31,330 nt of DNA, from the NCBI GenBank assembly GCA_043748395.1, contig JAYTNH010000120.1:1-31330 (forward strand), read 5' to 3'. Made by a program: the position numbers and the translations under genes. The DNA is from Ilumatobacteraceae bacterium (GTDB taxonomy: Bacteria; Actinomycetota; Acidimicrobiia; Acidimicrobiales; Ilumatobacteraceae). The notes under the pieces are model-generated. The model was given only the letters and a program-made list of their open reading frames with translations, searched no databases and was not told the DNA's origin. Position 1 is the stretch's first letter; each line of letters opens with the position of its first letter. Below are positions 1 through 8,458 of the stretch, one piece after another.

Positions 1-106
1 CAGGCAGGCGGGCGACACGAACCGCCTCAGCCACTGCCATCACCTGGGGGAGATCGTCGTACTCACCCAACACCGCCCGGGGCCCGTACGGCAACAATCT
101 GGTCAC
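1..106 (-). CDS. pxpB: 5-oxoprolinase subunit PxpB (allophanate hydrolase subunit 1-like), N-terminal fragment running off the window
   Basis: Read by hand from GTG at 106: VTRLLPYGPRAVLGEYDDLPQVMAVAEAVRVARLP, resembling the PxpB N-terminus (LPYG.RA.L.E). GTGA overlap with the pxpA stop. Only 35 codons visible. Confidence 0.7.
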   Translation of the reverse strand, partial: MTRLLPYGPRAVLGEYDDLPQVMAVAEAVRVARLP

Positions 107-831
107 GAAACGAATGGGGCCAGGTTCAAACCGGCTGCATTCAGCGCGTCGGCCACCGCCCGAGCCAACGTCGCAGCGCCAGGCGTATCGCTGTGCACGC
201 AGATCGACCGAACGTCGCGCCGAGCCAACAGCACGGCCTGGGCAGCCACAGCTGGGGCGTCGACGAGCACCGCCCCAGGTTCGCCACGCGGCACGAGTCG
301 GCCGTCTTCGGTGTACGCACGATCGGCGAAACCCTCCGCTACGAAGGCCAGCCCTGCAGCCGTCGCGGCGGTCATGCTCACCGACTGCGCCAGACCGAGC
401 AGGGGCAACCCAGGGTTGTAGGTGATGATGGCATCGACCACGGCCGCAGCCTGTTGTGGATGGTGCACGATGGCGTTGTACAGCGCGCCGTGGGGCTTGA
501 CGTAGCGCACCGAACTGCCCGCAGCACGAGCGAACGCCTCGAGCGCACCGAGCTGATACAGCACCGCGTCGCGTAGATCGCCGGCACGCATGTCGACGAA
601 CCGACGACCGAAGCCGACCAGATCGGGATAGCTCACCTGGGCACCGATCGCGACCTGATTGGCAACCGCTAGCTCGCAGGTGGCATGCATGATCGATGGG
701 TCGCCAGCGTGAAACCCACACGCCACGTTGGCCGACGTGACGATTCCCATCAGCTCGGCATCGGGTCCGCCCGGCCACGCACCAAAGCCCTCGCCGACAT
801 CACTGTTCAGGTCGATGCTGGCCGTGCTCAC
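103..831 (-). CDS. pxpA: 5-oxoprolinase subunit PxpA (LamB/YcsF family)
   Basis: Motifs IDLNSDVGEG, ANVACGFHAGD, VKPHGALYN, ICVHSDTPGA. Start placed at GTG 831, 7 nt after the prcA stop; the ORF-track start at 900 overlaps prcA. Confidence 0.93.
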   Translation of the reverse strand: MSTASIDLNSDVGEGFGAWPGGPDAELMGIVTSANVACGFHAGDPSIMHATCELAVANQVAIGAQVSYPDLVGFGRRFVDMRAGDLRDAVLYQLGALEAFARAAGSSVRYVKPHGALYNAIVHHPQQAAAVVDAIITYNPGLPLLGLAQSVSMTAATAAGLAFVAEGFADRAYTEDGRLVPRGEPGAVLVDAPAVAAQAVLLARRDVRSICVHSDTPGAATLARAVADALNAAGLNLAPFVS

Positions 832-838
832 TGGTGGT

Positions 839-1567
839 TCAGCCGGCGAGGCTGGCGGTGACGGCCGCGTTGTCGAGACGTTGGAAACATCTGCGACCAT
901 TCGATCGAGCGAGCACCGCCGCCTCGAGGTCGTCGGCCGTCAGCGTGCGATCGGGGCCGGCGAGCGCAGTTGCCGCCGCCCGCACGGCGGCACTCAACGT
1001 CATGTCGGCGTTCACGGTGCCGTCGAGTCGGGTGTTGATCGCCTCGGCATCGCCACCGAGCACACAGAACGACCCTTCGTCCATCACCGTTCCGTCGTAC
1101 AGAATGCGGAACATCTGATCGCCGCTGTTCGTGGCGCCATTGGTCTGGTCGCTGCCGCTTTGGGCGACCCCAACCTCGGCCACCCCAACCTCGGCCACCA
1201 GGATCTCGACCTCCATGGGCTTCATCTCGTGGGTGAAGATCTGGCCGAGTATCTGTGCGTATTGGTTGGCGAGGCTGCGCGCGTCGACATCGTCGCGGCT
1301 GTACTGGTAGCCCTTCAGGTCGGCGGCACGAACGCCCGCCACACGGAGCTGATCGAACTCGTTGTACTTGCCCACCCCGGCAAACGCGATGCGGTCGTAG
1401 ATCTCGCTGATCTTGCGCAACGTGTTGCTGGGGTTCTCGGCGACGAGCGCGATGCCGTCGACGTAGCGCACAGCGACCATGGCCCTGCCTCGCGAGATGC
1501 CCTTGCGAGCGTAATCGGCGCGATCTTTCATCACCTGTTCGGGGGCTACGTAGAACGGCATGCTCAT
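839..1567 (-). CDS. prcA: 20S proteasome alpha subunit
   Basis: MPFYVAPEQVMKDRADYARKGISRGR N-terminus, LRKISEIYDRIAFAGVGKYNEF, ILYDG; directly downstream of prcB with a 4-nt overlap. Confidence 0.97.
   Translation of the reverse strand: MSMPFYVAPEQVMKDRADYARKGISRGRAMVAVRYVDGIALVAENPSNTLRKISEIYDRIAFAGVGKYNEFDQLRVAGVRAADLKGYQYSRDDVDARSLANQYAQILGQIFTHEMKPMEVEILVAEVGVAEVGVAQSGSDQTNGATNSGDQMFRILYDGTVMDEGSFCVLGGDAEAINTRLDGTVNADMTLSAAVRAAATALAGPDRTLTADDLEAAVLARSNGRRCFQRLDNAAVTASLAG
1167..1199. repeat. Perfect 15-bp tandem duplication inside prcA (VAEVG-VAEVG)
   Basis: ACCCCAACCTCGGCC at 1167-1181 and 1182-1196, plus 3 nt of a third unit. Confidence 0.95.
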
Positions 1568-2346
1568 CGGCTTCGAACCTCCGCTGCGATCGACTCGAAC
1601 ACTCCGGCAAGTTCGCCGTCGTCGAGCCGTGTCCAGCCGTCGGCGGTGATGGAGGCAACGACCGGATAGATACCTCGTAAAGCGTCAGGGCCTCCGGTAG
1701 CCGAGTCGGCGTCGGCGGCTTCCCAGAGCGACCGGCATGCCAACGCCACCGCGTCGGCACGACTGAGGTCGTCGCGGTAGGCAACCTTCACCACGGTGCC
1801 GGCATGCAGCATGCCCGAACCTGTGGCCACGTAGTCGTGCTCTTCGTATCGTCCACCGGTGACGTCGTAGGTCCACAGTCGTCCGGTTCGTCGGCGCAGG
1901 TCGTACCCGGCGAATATCGGGACCACCACCAGGCCCTGCATGGCGGCCGGCAGGTTGCCGCGCACCATCATCGACAGTTGGTTGGCCTTGCCCTCGAGGC
2001 TCAGCGACGAGCCCTCTACCTTCTCGTAGTGTTCGAGCTGCAGTTGGAACAGCTTGATCATCTCCATTGCCGGACCGGCGGCACCGGCGATTGCCACGCC
2101 GCTGTGGCGGTCGGCCTGCACCACCTTCTCCATGCCGCGATGGCTGATGATGTTGCCGCTGGTGGCCCGTCGATCACCCGCCATGATCACGCCATCGGCG
2201 TAACGCAGCGCGACACAGGTGGTGGCATGAGGCACCGACACTTCACCGTGCAACGCCTGGGTCGACACGCCAAGACCGAGGCGGCGAAGTAGTTCGGGGA
2301 AGTTCGAGCCGGGGTCGTCGCCGGGGATGAACAGGGGCATCGACAT
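1564..2346 (-). CDS. prcB: 20S proteasome beta subunit with propeptide
   Basis: PHA/TTCVAL..DGVIMAGDRRAT..NII...MEK gives mature Thr1, Asp17, Lys33; also ATGSG and D..SGG-like DSATGG motifs. Confidence 0.97.
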   Translation of the reverse strand: MSMPLFIPGDDPGSNFPELLRRLGLGVSTQALHGEVSVPHATTCVALRYADGVIMAGDRRATSGNIISHRGMEKVVQADRHSGVAIAGAAGPAMEMIKLFQLQLEHYEKVEGSSLSLEGKANQLSMMVRGNLPAAMQGLVVVPIFAGYDLRRRTGRLWTYDVTGGRYEEHDYVATGSGMLHAGTVVKVAYRDDLSRADAVALACRSLWEAADADSATGGPDALRGIYPVVASITADGWTRLDDGELAGVFESIAAEVRSR

Positions 2347-2351
2347 GGTTG

Positions 2352-2546
2352 CTACTGGCCGCCCTTTTGCACGTACGACTTGACGAAGTCTTCTGCGTTG
2401 GTCTCGAGCACATCGTCGATCTCGTCGAGCAGATCGTCGAGCTCGGCCTTCAACTTGTCGCCACTGCCGGCCACCAGGGGCGCGGCCTCAACCTCCTCTT
2501 CGGTGCGGCTGGGTGTCGGTTTCTGTTTCTGCGTTCGTTCTGCCAT
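2352..2546 (-). CDS. pup: Prokaryotic ubiquitin-like protein Pup (Gln-terminated)
   Basis: 64 aa ending [29 protein letters not shown]; GAGGA SD upstream; lies between dop and prcB. Confidence 0.98.
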   Translation of the reverse strand: MAERTQKQKPTPSRTEEEVEAAPLVAGSGDKLKAELDDLLDEIDDVLETNAEDFVKSYVQKGGQ

Positions 2547-2564
2547 GGTGTCCTCGTTCGTACC

Positions 2565-4049
2565 CTAGGCGCCGAGCCGGGCAAGGAGCTCGGCAGGTGT
2601 CTGGCTCTCGTCGATCAAGTTACCCACAGATTCGGCCGTGCCACGGAGCGGTTCCATCATCGGTACCCTGCGCAACGGGTCGCGACCCAGGTCGAACACC
2701 ACGCTGTCCCAGTTGGCAGCGACAACCGACTCGGGCCACTTCGCGAGGCACCGACCCCTGAAGTAGGCGCGAGTGGTGAGCGGCGGCTCGGTGATGGCGG
2801 CGATCACATCGTGCTCTGATACGAGCGTGACGAGCCCAGCGCGGGTGGCAAGACACCGATCGGTGCGCATGTCGTGGTACTGCAGATCGAGCGCCTTCAG
2901 TCGGGCGTCGTTGGGCCTGGCACCGTGTCGATCGGCGAAGCCGTCGATGATGCGGCGCTTCGCCACCCAATCGACCAGGTGGGCCACCGACTCTGGGTCG
3001 GATTCGAGACCCGTGAGCATCGTCTCCCACAACTCCAGAACCTCGGCACCGACCGCAACATCGACGGCTTCGAGGCCGTGAGAGTGCTGGTACTTGCGAG
3101 CCTTCTCGAACAGCCCCCATTGCAGTTCGAGCGCTGTGGCTCGCCGACCGTTACGAAGCAACACGGTGCATTCGAGCGATGGGTCGTGACTCACTTGCCG
3201 GATGGCCCGCACCGGGTTGGCCAGCATGAACTCGTCGCCCAGCACATCGTCTTCGATCATCGCCAGCAGAATGGCCGTGGCCCCTACTTTCACCAGGGTG
3301 GCGGCTTCACTCATGTTGGCGTCGCCGACGATCACATGCAGTCGGCGGTACTTCGAGGCATCGCAATGAGGTTCGTCGCGCGTGTTGATGATGGGGCGCT
3401 TCATGGTGGTCTCGAGACCGACCTCCTCCTCGAAGAAATCGGCGCGCTGGCTGAGCTGGAACGGCACGTCGTCGAACGCGGCGCCCGGCTCCTCGCAACC
3501 AACCTTGCCTGCGCCAATCACCACCTGGCGGGTCACGAAGTGGGGAGTGATCTGGGCGACGATGCGGGCGAACGGCACCTCGCGCGCCAGCAAGTAGTTC
3601 TCGTAACAGCCGTAGCTGTTGCCTTTACCATCCGAGTTGTTCTTGTGACACAGGATCTCGGCGCCATCGGGCAGCAACGACCGTGCCGCGGTCATGCTGG
3701 CCCGCACGATCTCTTCGCCGGCTCGGTCGAAGCGCAACGCATCGCGAGCGGTGAGGCACTCGGGGGTGCTGATCTCGGGGTGAGCGTGATCGACGTAGTA
3801 GCGAGCACCATTCGTGAGCACCGCGTTCACAAGGTGCGTGTCGACCTCGGCGGCGAGCAGATCGTCGACGCTGAAACCCCGTGCGTCGCGGCCGGGATGT
3901 TCGTCCTCGAAATCCCAGCCCACTTGGCGGTGCGCAGCCGACAGGTAGGCCGTGATGAGCAGCGACGACGCCGACACCGGGTTGCTGTCAGCCCCGCGTA
4001 CGAGAATCCCGTACTCGGTCTCGATGCCACAGACCTTGGGGATCGCCAT
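2565..4049 (-). CDS. dop: Pup deamidase/depupylase Dop
   Basis: GIETEYGI, Dop-loop WDFEDEHPGRDARGF, LTNGARYYVDHAHPE, YRRLHVIVGDAN, LDLQYHD; immediately upstream of pup. Confidence 0.95.
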   Translation of the reverse strand: MAIPKVCGIETEYGILVRGADSNPVSASSLLITAYLSAAHRQVGWDFEDEHPGRDARGFSVDDLLAAEVDTHLVNAVLTNGARYYVDHAHPEISTPECLTARDALRFDRAGEEIVRASMTAARSLLPDGAEILCHKNNSDGKGNSYGCYENYLLAREVPFARIVAQITPHFVTRQVVIGAGKVGCEEPGAAFDDVPFQLSQRADFFEEEVGLETTMKRPIINTRDEPHCDASKYRRLHVIVGDANMSEAATLVKVGATAILLAMIEDDVLGDEFMLANPVRAIRQVSHDPSLECTVLLRNGRRATALELQWGLFEKARKYQHSHGLEAVDVAVGAEVLELWETMLTGLESDPESVAHLVDWVAKRRIIDGFADRHGARPNDARLKALDLQYHDMRTDRCLATRAGLVTLVSEHDVIAAITEPPLTTRAYFRGRCLAKWPESVVAANWDSVVFDLGRDPLRRVPMMEPLRGTAESVGNLIDESQTPAELLARLGA

Positions 4050-4055
4050 GAGCGC

Positions 4056-4061
4056 ACACTA
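4056..4061 (-). promoter_or_regulatory. -10 box TAGTGT, leaderless dop promoter
   Basis: TANNNT 6 nt before ATG 4049; no SD. Confidence 0.65.
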
Positions 4062-4089
4062 CCGCTGCGCCGTGCGAGTGGGTCGACCG

Positions 4090-6126
4090 CTACCCCGCCG
4101 GTGGCGGATTGGTAGGAGTGAGCCCGCGGTTGTCCGGATTGATACCACTACCGCCACCGGAGTTGGCGAACAAGGTGGTGGCAGCGGCCCAGAGGTCATC
4201 GACGAGGTCCCAGCCGGCCGAGTTGGTCTCTTCATAGTGCCCGTCCGGCTCGCCCAGCTCGCGACCGAGCGCCTGCCCATAGCGACAGGTGGCCTCGAGC
4301 GCACTGCGCAAGGTTGCGTCGCCTGTGTACTGATCGGGATGGTCGGCCAACATGCGACACGTCGGACCGTCGACGGCGTCGGGGGTGAGCAGCAGCCCTG
4401 CATCGAACAACTGCTGGCAGGTGGTGCCGCTGGGCAGCGCAAGGTCGAGACACTTCAGCCGCACCTCGTTGATGGGAACCCAATAACCCAGCTCGTCGCC
4501 ACCGAGACCCACCGTGAACGTGGTCGGCTCGTCGACGAGGTCGAGCAGATAGCCCGGAATCTCGTATGCGGCCCCCACGGCATGCAACTCGGGCTCTTCG
4601 TAGAACGGTGCCGGATCGTCGTTGAACGTCGCCGGCAGGCCCACGACCAGCTCGGGTGGCAGTTCGCCAGGCATGAAGAGGAATCCGACATCGCCGAATG
4701 ACACGTGGATGAGCTGTGTCTTCACCACGTCGGCGACCCTGATCTGGCTGTCGACGAGTGGCGTGAGCAGCACATCGTCTTCGAGCGCACCGTCATCGGA
4801 CGTGCAGGTTTCGTCGGTGAACGGTTTGGCGGTGCATGTGTAGCCGGGCGGATCCTGCCAACCGAGCGAACCGTCGGCGAGCAACACACGAAATCCGATG
4901 TTGCTGAGGCGGGTGTAGAACTGCTGCTCGGACCACACCACCTGGGTGACCGCCACGGTGTCGGCAGCCTTGGTGAGCTCGACCACGTGCAGCGCCAACT
5001 GCTCGCCGATTGCTGCGGTGCGGGCGAAGTTGCGGGTACGCAGGTCGGTTGCCCCATCCACCGGTTGCGCTCCGGCCGGAGCTGTCCAACCGTTACCGAT
5101 GGGATGCTCCGCGTCGACCTTCCAGATGTCGGCGCTGCCAGGTCCGATCTGGCTGCCGATCGGTCCGTTGAAGTACAACACCTCACCGCCGATCGCGGCC
5201 TGCACTCGTTCGCGCAACACGCCCGGATAGTCGGCCGTGAGGTACCGACCTTCGGCAGTGCAATCGTCGCCCTCCCATCCCTTCACAGCACACTGCTCGG
5301 TGAAGTCGCCCGGCGGCGACCAGTTGAGGGTGACCTCAGGGTGGCTCGACCACTGCACAACGGTGGCGATGGTGGCATCGTCTGCAGCCGACTTGATGGA
5401 CAGAACGTTGAGCCGCGGATCGAACACGATGGGATCGCGACCGTCGACCATGCCGAACCGGTGCTCATCCGTGGCGACCGACATCGTTGCCGGCTGCAGG
5501 TTGGCAACCGACTCGGCGATGGCCGCTGCCATCTGGTCTGCCATCTCGGCGTACCAGTCGTCGTTGATGCTGAAAGCCGTGTCGGGGCCCTCATGGTTGT
5601 GCGTTGCCGAGATGACGATGCGCGCGCTCTCGGTCACATCGGCGGGTAGCAACGCACGGGCGCGTCGGGTGATCTCGGCGGCATCGGCGGCGAAGATCAT
5701 GTACACATCGGCGTTCGCCATCACCACCAAGTCGTTGCCACGTTGCACCGCAACGGCGGTGGTGCGAATGTCGTCGTGCACCCACGCCGAGTCGTCGGAG
5801 CCGTTGCCCACGTCGATGCGACCCTGGTCCCATGCCGGAACGAACAGGCCGGGGTCGTTCGGGTTGCTGGTGTCCCAACCCGGCGCATCGGCGAGAAAGT
5901 CGCGATTGCCATTGATCGTTGGGAGCACGCTGCGGCTGGCAGCACCAGCGAGCACTACCCGCTCGGGCGACGTGACCACGGTGTCGGCAGGAACCGTGCT
6001 GACCGCCGGCTGGGTCGTGGGCGCCAACGTCGGGGCAGGTGTCGACTCGTCGGTCGTTGTGCCGCTCGAACAGGCCGCCAGCAACAGCAGGGCGACCGCG
6101 CCGGCTGACATCGTTGATCGTCTCAT
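4090..6126 (-). CDS. Secreted lipoprotein with neutral/alkaline ceramidase-like metallo-amidohydrolase domain
   Basis: Lipobox LLAA-C19, Pro/Thr-rich linker, SATHNHEGP (compare ceramidase SATHTHSGP), WSSHPE, MPGELPPE, GHYEE; paired Cys residues; GAGG SD 8 nt upstream. Confidence 0.7.
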   Translation of the reverse strand: MRRSTMSAGAVALLLLAACSSGTTTDESTPAPTLAPTTQPAVSTVPADTVVTSPERVVLAGAASRSVLPTINGNRDFLADAPGWDTSNPNDPGLFVPAWDQGRIDVGNGSDDSAWVHDDIRTTAVAVQRGNDLVVMANADVYMIFAADAAEITRRARALLPADVTESARIVISATHNHEGPDTAFSINDDWYAEMADQMAAAIAESVANLQPATMSVATDEHRFGMVDGRDPIVFDPRLNVLSIKSAADDATIATVVQWSSHPEVTLNWSPPGDFTEQCAVKGWEGDDCTAEGRYLTADYPGVLRERVQAAIGGEVLYFNGPIGSQIGPGSADIWKVDAEHPIGNGWTAPAGAQPVDGATDLRTRNFARTAAIGEQLALHVVELTKAADTVAVTQVVWSEQQFYTRLSNIGFRVLLADGSLGWQDPPGYTCTAKPFTDETCTSDDGALEDDVLLTPLVDSQIRVADVVKTQLIHVSFGDVGFLFMPGELPPELVVGLPATFNDDPAPFYEEPELHAVGAAYEIPGYLLDLVDEPTTFTVGLGGDELGYWVPINEVRLKCLDLALPSGTTCQQLFDAGLLLTPDAVDGPTCRMLADHPDQYTGDATLRSALEATCRYGQALGRELGEPDGHYEETNSAGWDLVDDLWAAATTLFANSGGGSGINPDNRGLTPTNPPPAG

Positions 6127-6147
6127 GGTGGTTGCCTCAGTTCGCGG

Positions 6148-7893
6148 TCAGAGGTACTGACCGGTTGCGACACGCTCGATCGAGCGACCGCCTTCGCGTT
6201 CTTGTTCGATCTTGCCCTTCACCAACGTGCGGATGAACACGATTCGCTCACCCTTCTTGCCACTGATCTTCGCCCAGTCGTCCGGGTTCGTGGTGTTGGG
6301 CAGGTCTTCGTGCTCTTTGTACTCCTGCTTGATGCTGTCGAGCAGATCGGTGGTGCACACGCCTCGGGCACCGCCGGCAATGACCCGCTTGATCGCCAAC
6401 TTTTTGGCACGGCGAACGATGTTCTCGATCATGGCGCCCGACGCAAAGTCTTTGTAGTACAAGATCTCCTTGTCACCGTTCTGGTATGTGACTTCGAGGA
6501 ACTGATTGGCCTCGTCGGCGCGATACATCAGCTCGACGGTGGTGGCGATCATGTCGTCGATGCGCTCGTCTGCAGCGATGGGAATCTCGTCGGTGAGGTA
6601 CCGGGCAAAGATCTGCCGCGCCGCCTGCTCGCCAGGGCGTTCGATCTTGATCTTCACGTCGAGTCGGCCGGGTCGCAAGATTGCGGGATCGATGAGGTCT
6701 TCGCGGTTCGTGGCGCCGATGACAATGACGTTGGTGAGTCCCTCGACACCGTCGATCTCGACCAGCAACTGAGGCACGATGGTGCTCTCCATGTCACTGG
6801 AGATACCCGAGCCGCGGGTGCGGAACATCGAGTCCATCTCGTCGAAGAACACGATGACCGGCCAGCCTTCCTCGCTCTTCTCGCGGGCCCGCTGGAACAC
6901 GAGCCTGATCTGCCGCTCGGTCTCGCCGACGTACTTGTTGAGCAGTTCGGGACCCTTGATGTTGATGAAGTAGCTGCGACCCTTCTCGCCACCCGTCTTT
7001 TCGGCCACCTTCTTCGCCAGCGAGTTGGCAACCGCCTTGGCGATCAGCGTCTTGCCGCAACCCGGCGGCCCGTACAACAAGATGCCCTTCGGGGCGGGCA
7101 GTTGATGTTCGGCGAAAAGGTCGCGGTGCAAGAACGGCAATTCGACGGCATCGGCGATCTGCTCGATCTGCACGTCGAGCCCACCGATGTCGGAGTAGCT
7201 GATGTCGGGTACTTCTTCGAGCAGCAGGTCTTCCACCTCGGGACGCGGCAGCTTCTCGAGCAACATGCTGGTTCGCGGGTCGAAGCGCATGGAGTCGCCA
7301 CTGCGCAGATGCACACCGCGCAAGGCGTCGGCGAGCTCGCATATGCGTTCCTCGTCGGCGCGGCCCACCACGAGCGCGCGCACGCCGTCGTCGAGCAACT
7401 CTTTGATGGTGACCACTTCGCCGGTGATCTCGGGGCGACGCGCCTCGACCACGTTGAGGCTGTCGTTGAGCACGACCTCGGCGCCACGGGCGAGCGAGTC
7501 GTGGTCGATGTCGGGGTGCAGGTTGACGCGCATCTTGCGGCCGCTGCTGAGCACATCGACGGTTCCGTCGTCGTTCTTGCCGACGATCACCCCATAGGCC
7601 GACGGCGGTTGTGAGAGCTTGTCGACTTCGTCGCGTAGTGCGGCGATGTGCTCGCGGGCCTCGCGCAGGGTGTAGCTGAGCTTCTCGTTCTGCGAAACGG
7701 CCTGGGCGAGCTGACCCTTCGTCTCGAGGAGGCGTTCTTCGAGGGCGCGTTGGCGCTTGGGTGCGTCGGTGAGGCGGTGACGGAGGTTGGCGATCTCGTC
7801 TTCGAGGATCACCAACTGCGCCTGCGCTACCGCGAACGCGACATCGTCGTCGAGGTCGTCGGGCTGATCGCCGGTCGGACGTTCATCGGCCAT
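6148..7893 (-). CDS. arc: Proteasome ATPase ARC/Mpa
   Basis: N-terminal coiled coil, OB domains, Walker A GPPGCGKT, Walker B FFDEMD, RPGRLD, C-terminal GQYL. Confidence 0.98.
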   Translation of the reverse strand: MADERPTGDQPDDLDDDVAFAVAQAQLVILEDEIANLRHRLTDAPKRQRALEERLLETKGQLAQAVSQNEKLSYTLREAREHIAALRDEVDKLSQPPSAYGVIVGKNDDGTVDVLSSGRKMRVNLHPDIDHDSLARGAEVVLNDSLNVVEARRPEITGEVVTIKELLDDGVRALVVGRADEERICELADALRGVHLRSGDSMRFDPRTSMLLEKLPRPEVEDLLLEEVPDISYSDIGGLDVQIEQIADAVELPFLHRDLFAEHQLPAPKGILLYGPPGCGKTLIAKAVANSLAKKVAEKTGGEKGRSYFINIKGPELLNKYVGETERQIRLVFQRAREKSEEGWPVIVFFDEMDSMFRTRGSGISSDMESTIVPQLLVEIDGVEGLTNVIVIGATNREDLIDPAILRPGRLDVKIKIERPGEQAARQIFARYLTDEIPIAADERIDDMIATTVELMYRADEANQFLEVTYQNGDKEILYYKDFASGAMIENIVRRAKKLAIKRVIAGGARGVCTTDLLDSIKQEYKEHEDLPNTTNPDDWAKISGKKGERIVFIRTLVKGKIEQEREGGRSIERVATGQYL

Positions 7894-7900
7894 ACGGGCG

Positions 7901-7906
7901 AAGCTA
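7901..7906 (-). promoter_or_regulatory. -10 box TAGCTT, leaderless arc promoter
   Basis: TANNNT 7 nt before ATG 7893; no SD. Confidence 0.65.
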
Positions 7907-7962
7907 CACGACCTGGGTCGTCAGCGACGTGAGTCTTGACACATGCGCGCGGATGAGTGCCT

Positions 7963-7977
7963 GCTCACCGAGTGAGC
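7963..7977. promoter_or_regulatory. Palindrome GCTCAC-N3-GTGAGC, candidate operator
   Basis: Perfect 6-bp inverted repeat ending 4 nt upstream of TATGAT in the divergent arc/ferredoxin spacer. Confidence 0.4.
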
Positions 7978-7981
7978 CCTG

Positions 7982-8019
7982 TATGATCGGCCAGGTCTGA
8001 CCCTTTCAGTTATAGGAGA
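7982..8019 (+). promoter_or_regulatory. Ferredoxin promoter -10 (TATGAT 7982-7987) and SD (AGGAGA 8014-8019)
   Basis: Near-consensus -10; SD 9 nt before ATG 8029. Confidence 0.6.
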
Positions 8020-8028
8020 CAACATCAC

Positions 8029-8274
8029 ATGAAGGTCTGGATTGACCAGGATCTATGCACCGGCGACGGACTCTGCGAAGAGATCGCCCCCGATGTCTTC
8101 ACACTGCTCGACGATGGCTTGGCCTACGTCGTTGAAGGCGACAAGGTTTTCGCGACCGCCAAGGGCAATGCCCAAGGCGCAGAGGGCATGGCCGAGATCC
8201 CCGATGGCCAGCTCGATGGCGTCATCGAGAGCGCTGAAGAGTGCCCCGGTGAGTGCATCTTCATCGAGCCCTAG
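8029..8274 (+). CDS. Single-cluster ferredoxin (3Fe-4S/4Fe-4S, CxxDxxC...CP)
   Basis: MKVWIDQDLCTGDGLCEEIAPDVF ... ECPGECI; strong SD. Confidence 0.93.
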   Translation: MKVWIDQDLCTGDGLCEEIAPDVFTLLDDGLAYVVEGDKVFATAKGNAQGAEGMAEIPDGQLDGVIESAEECPGECIFIEP

Positions 8275-8298
8275 CCAAACCCTTACATATTTCGAACG

Positions 8299-8324
8299 AC
8301 GAGGCGGCCGCAAGGTCGCCTCGT
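8299..8324. terminator. GNRA-capped hairpin, probable terminator after the ferredoxin (possibly bidirectional)
   Basis: ACGAGGCGGCC-GCAA-GGTCGCCTCGT: 11-bp stem with one G-U pair, 24 nt after the stop. No clear U-tract. Confidence 0.6.
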
Positions 8325-8405
8325 TCCGCGTTCACACACCCTCGGCCAGACAGCCCGCAGGCACCGCGCCGGCACTCTGCCGGCATCGAGCTGGTCTGTT
8401 CGCGG

Positions 8406-8458
8406 GTTTGTGTGACCACACAAACGATCCGGGCGAGTTCGTGCGCTCAACACAAACG
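8406..8458. repeat. 9-bp perfect inverted repeat plus a direct copy of one arm
   Basis: GTTTGTGTG-AC-CACACAAAC at 8406-8425; ACACAAACG at 8418-8426 and again at 8450-8458. Confidence 0.85.

Noticed and set aside
7936-7941. Perfect TTGACA as the -35 of the ferredoxin promoter
   Set aside because: It is 40 nt from TATGAT and has no -10-like hexamer 16-19 nt downstream.
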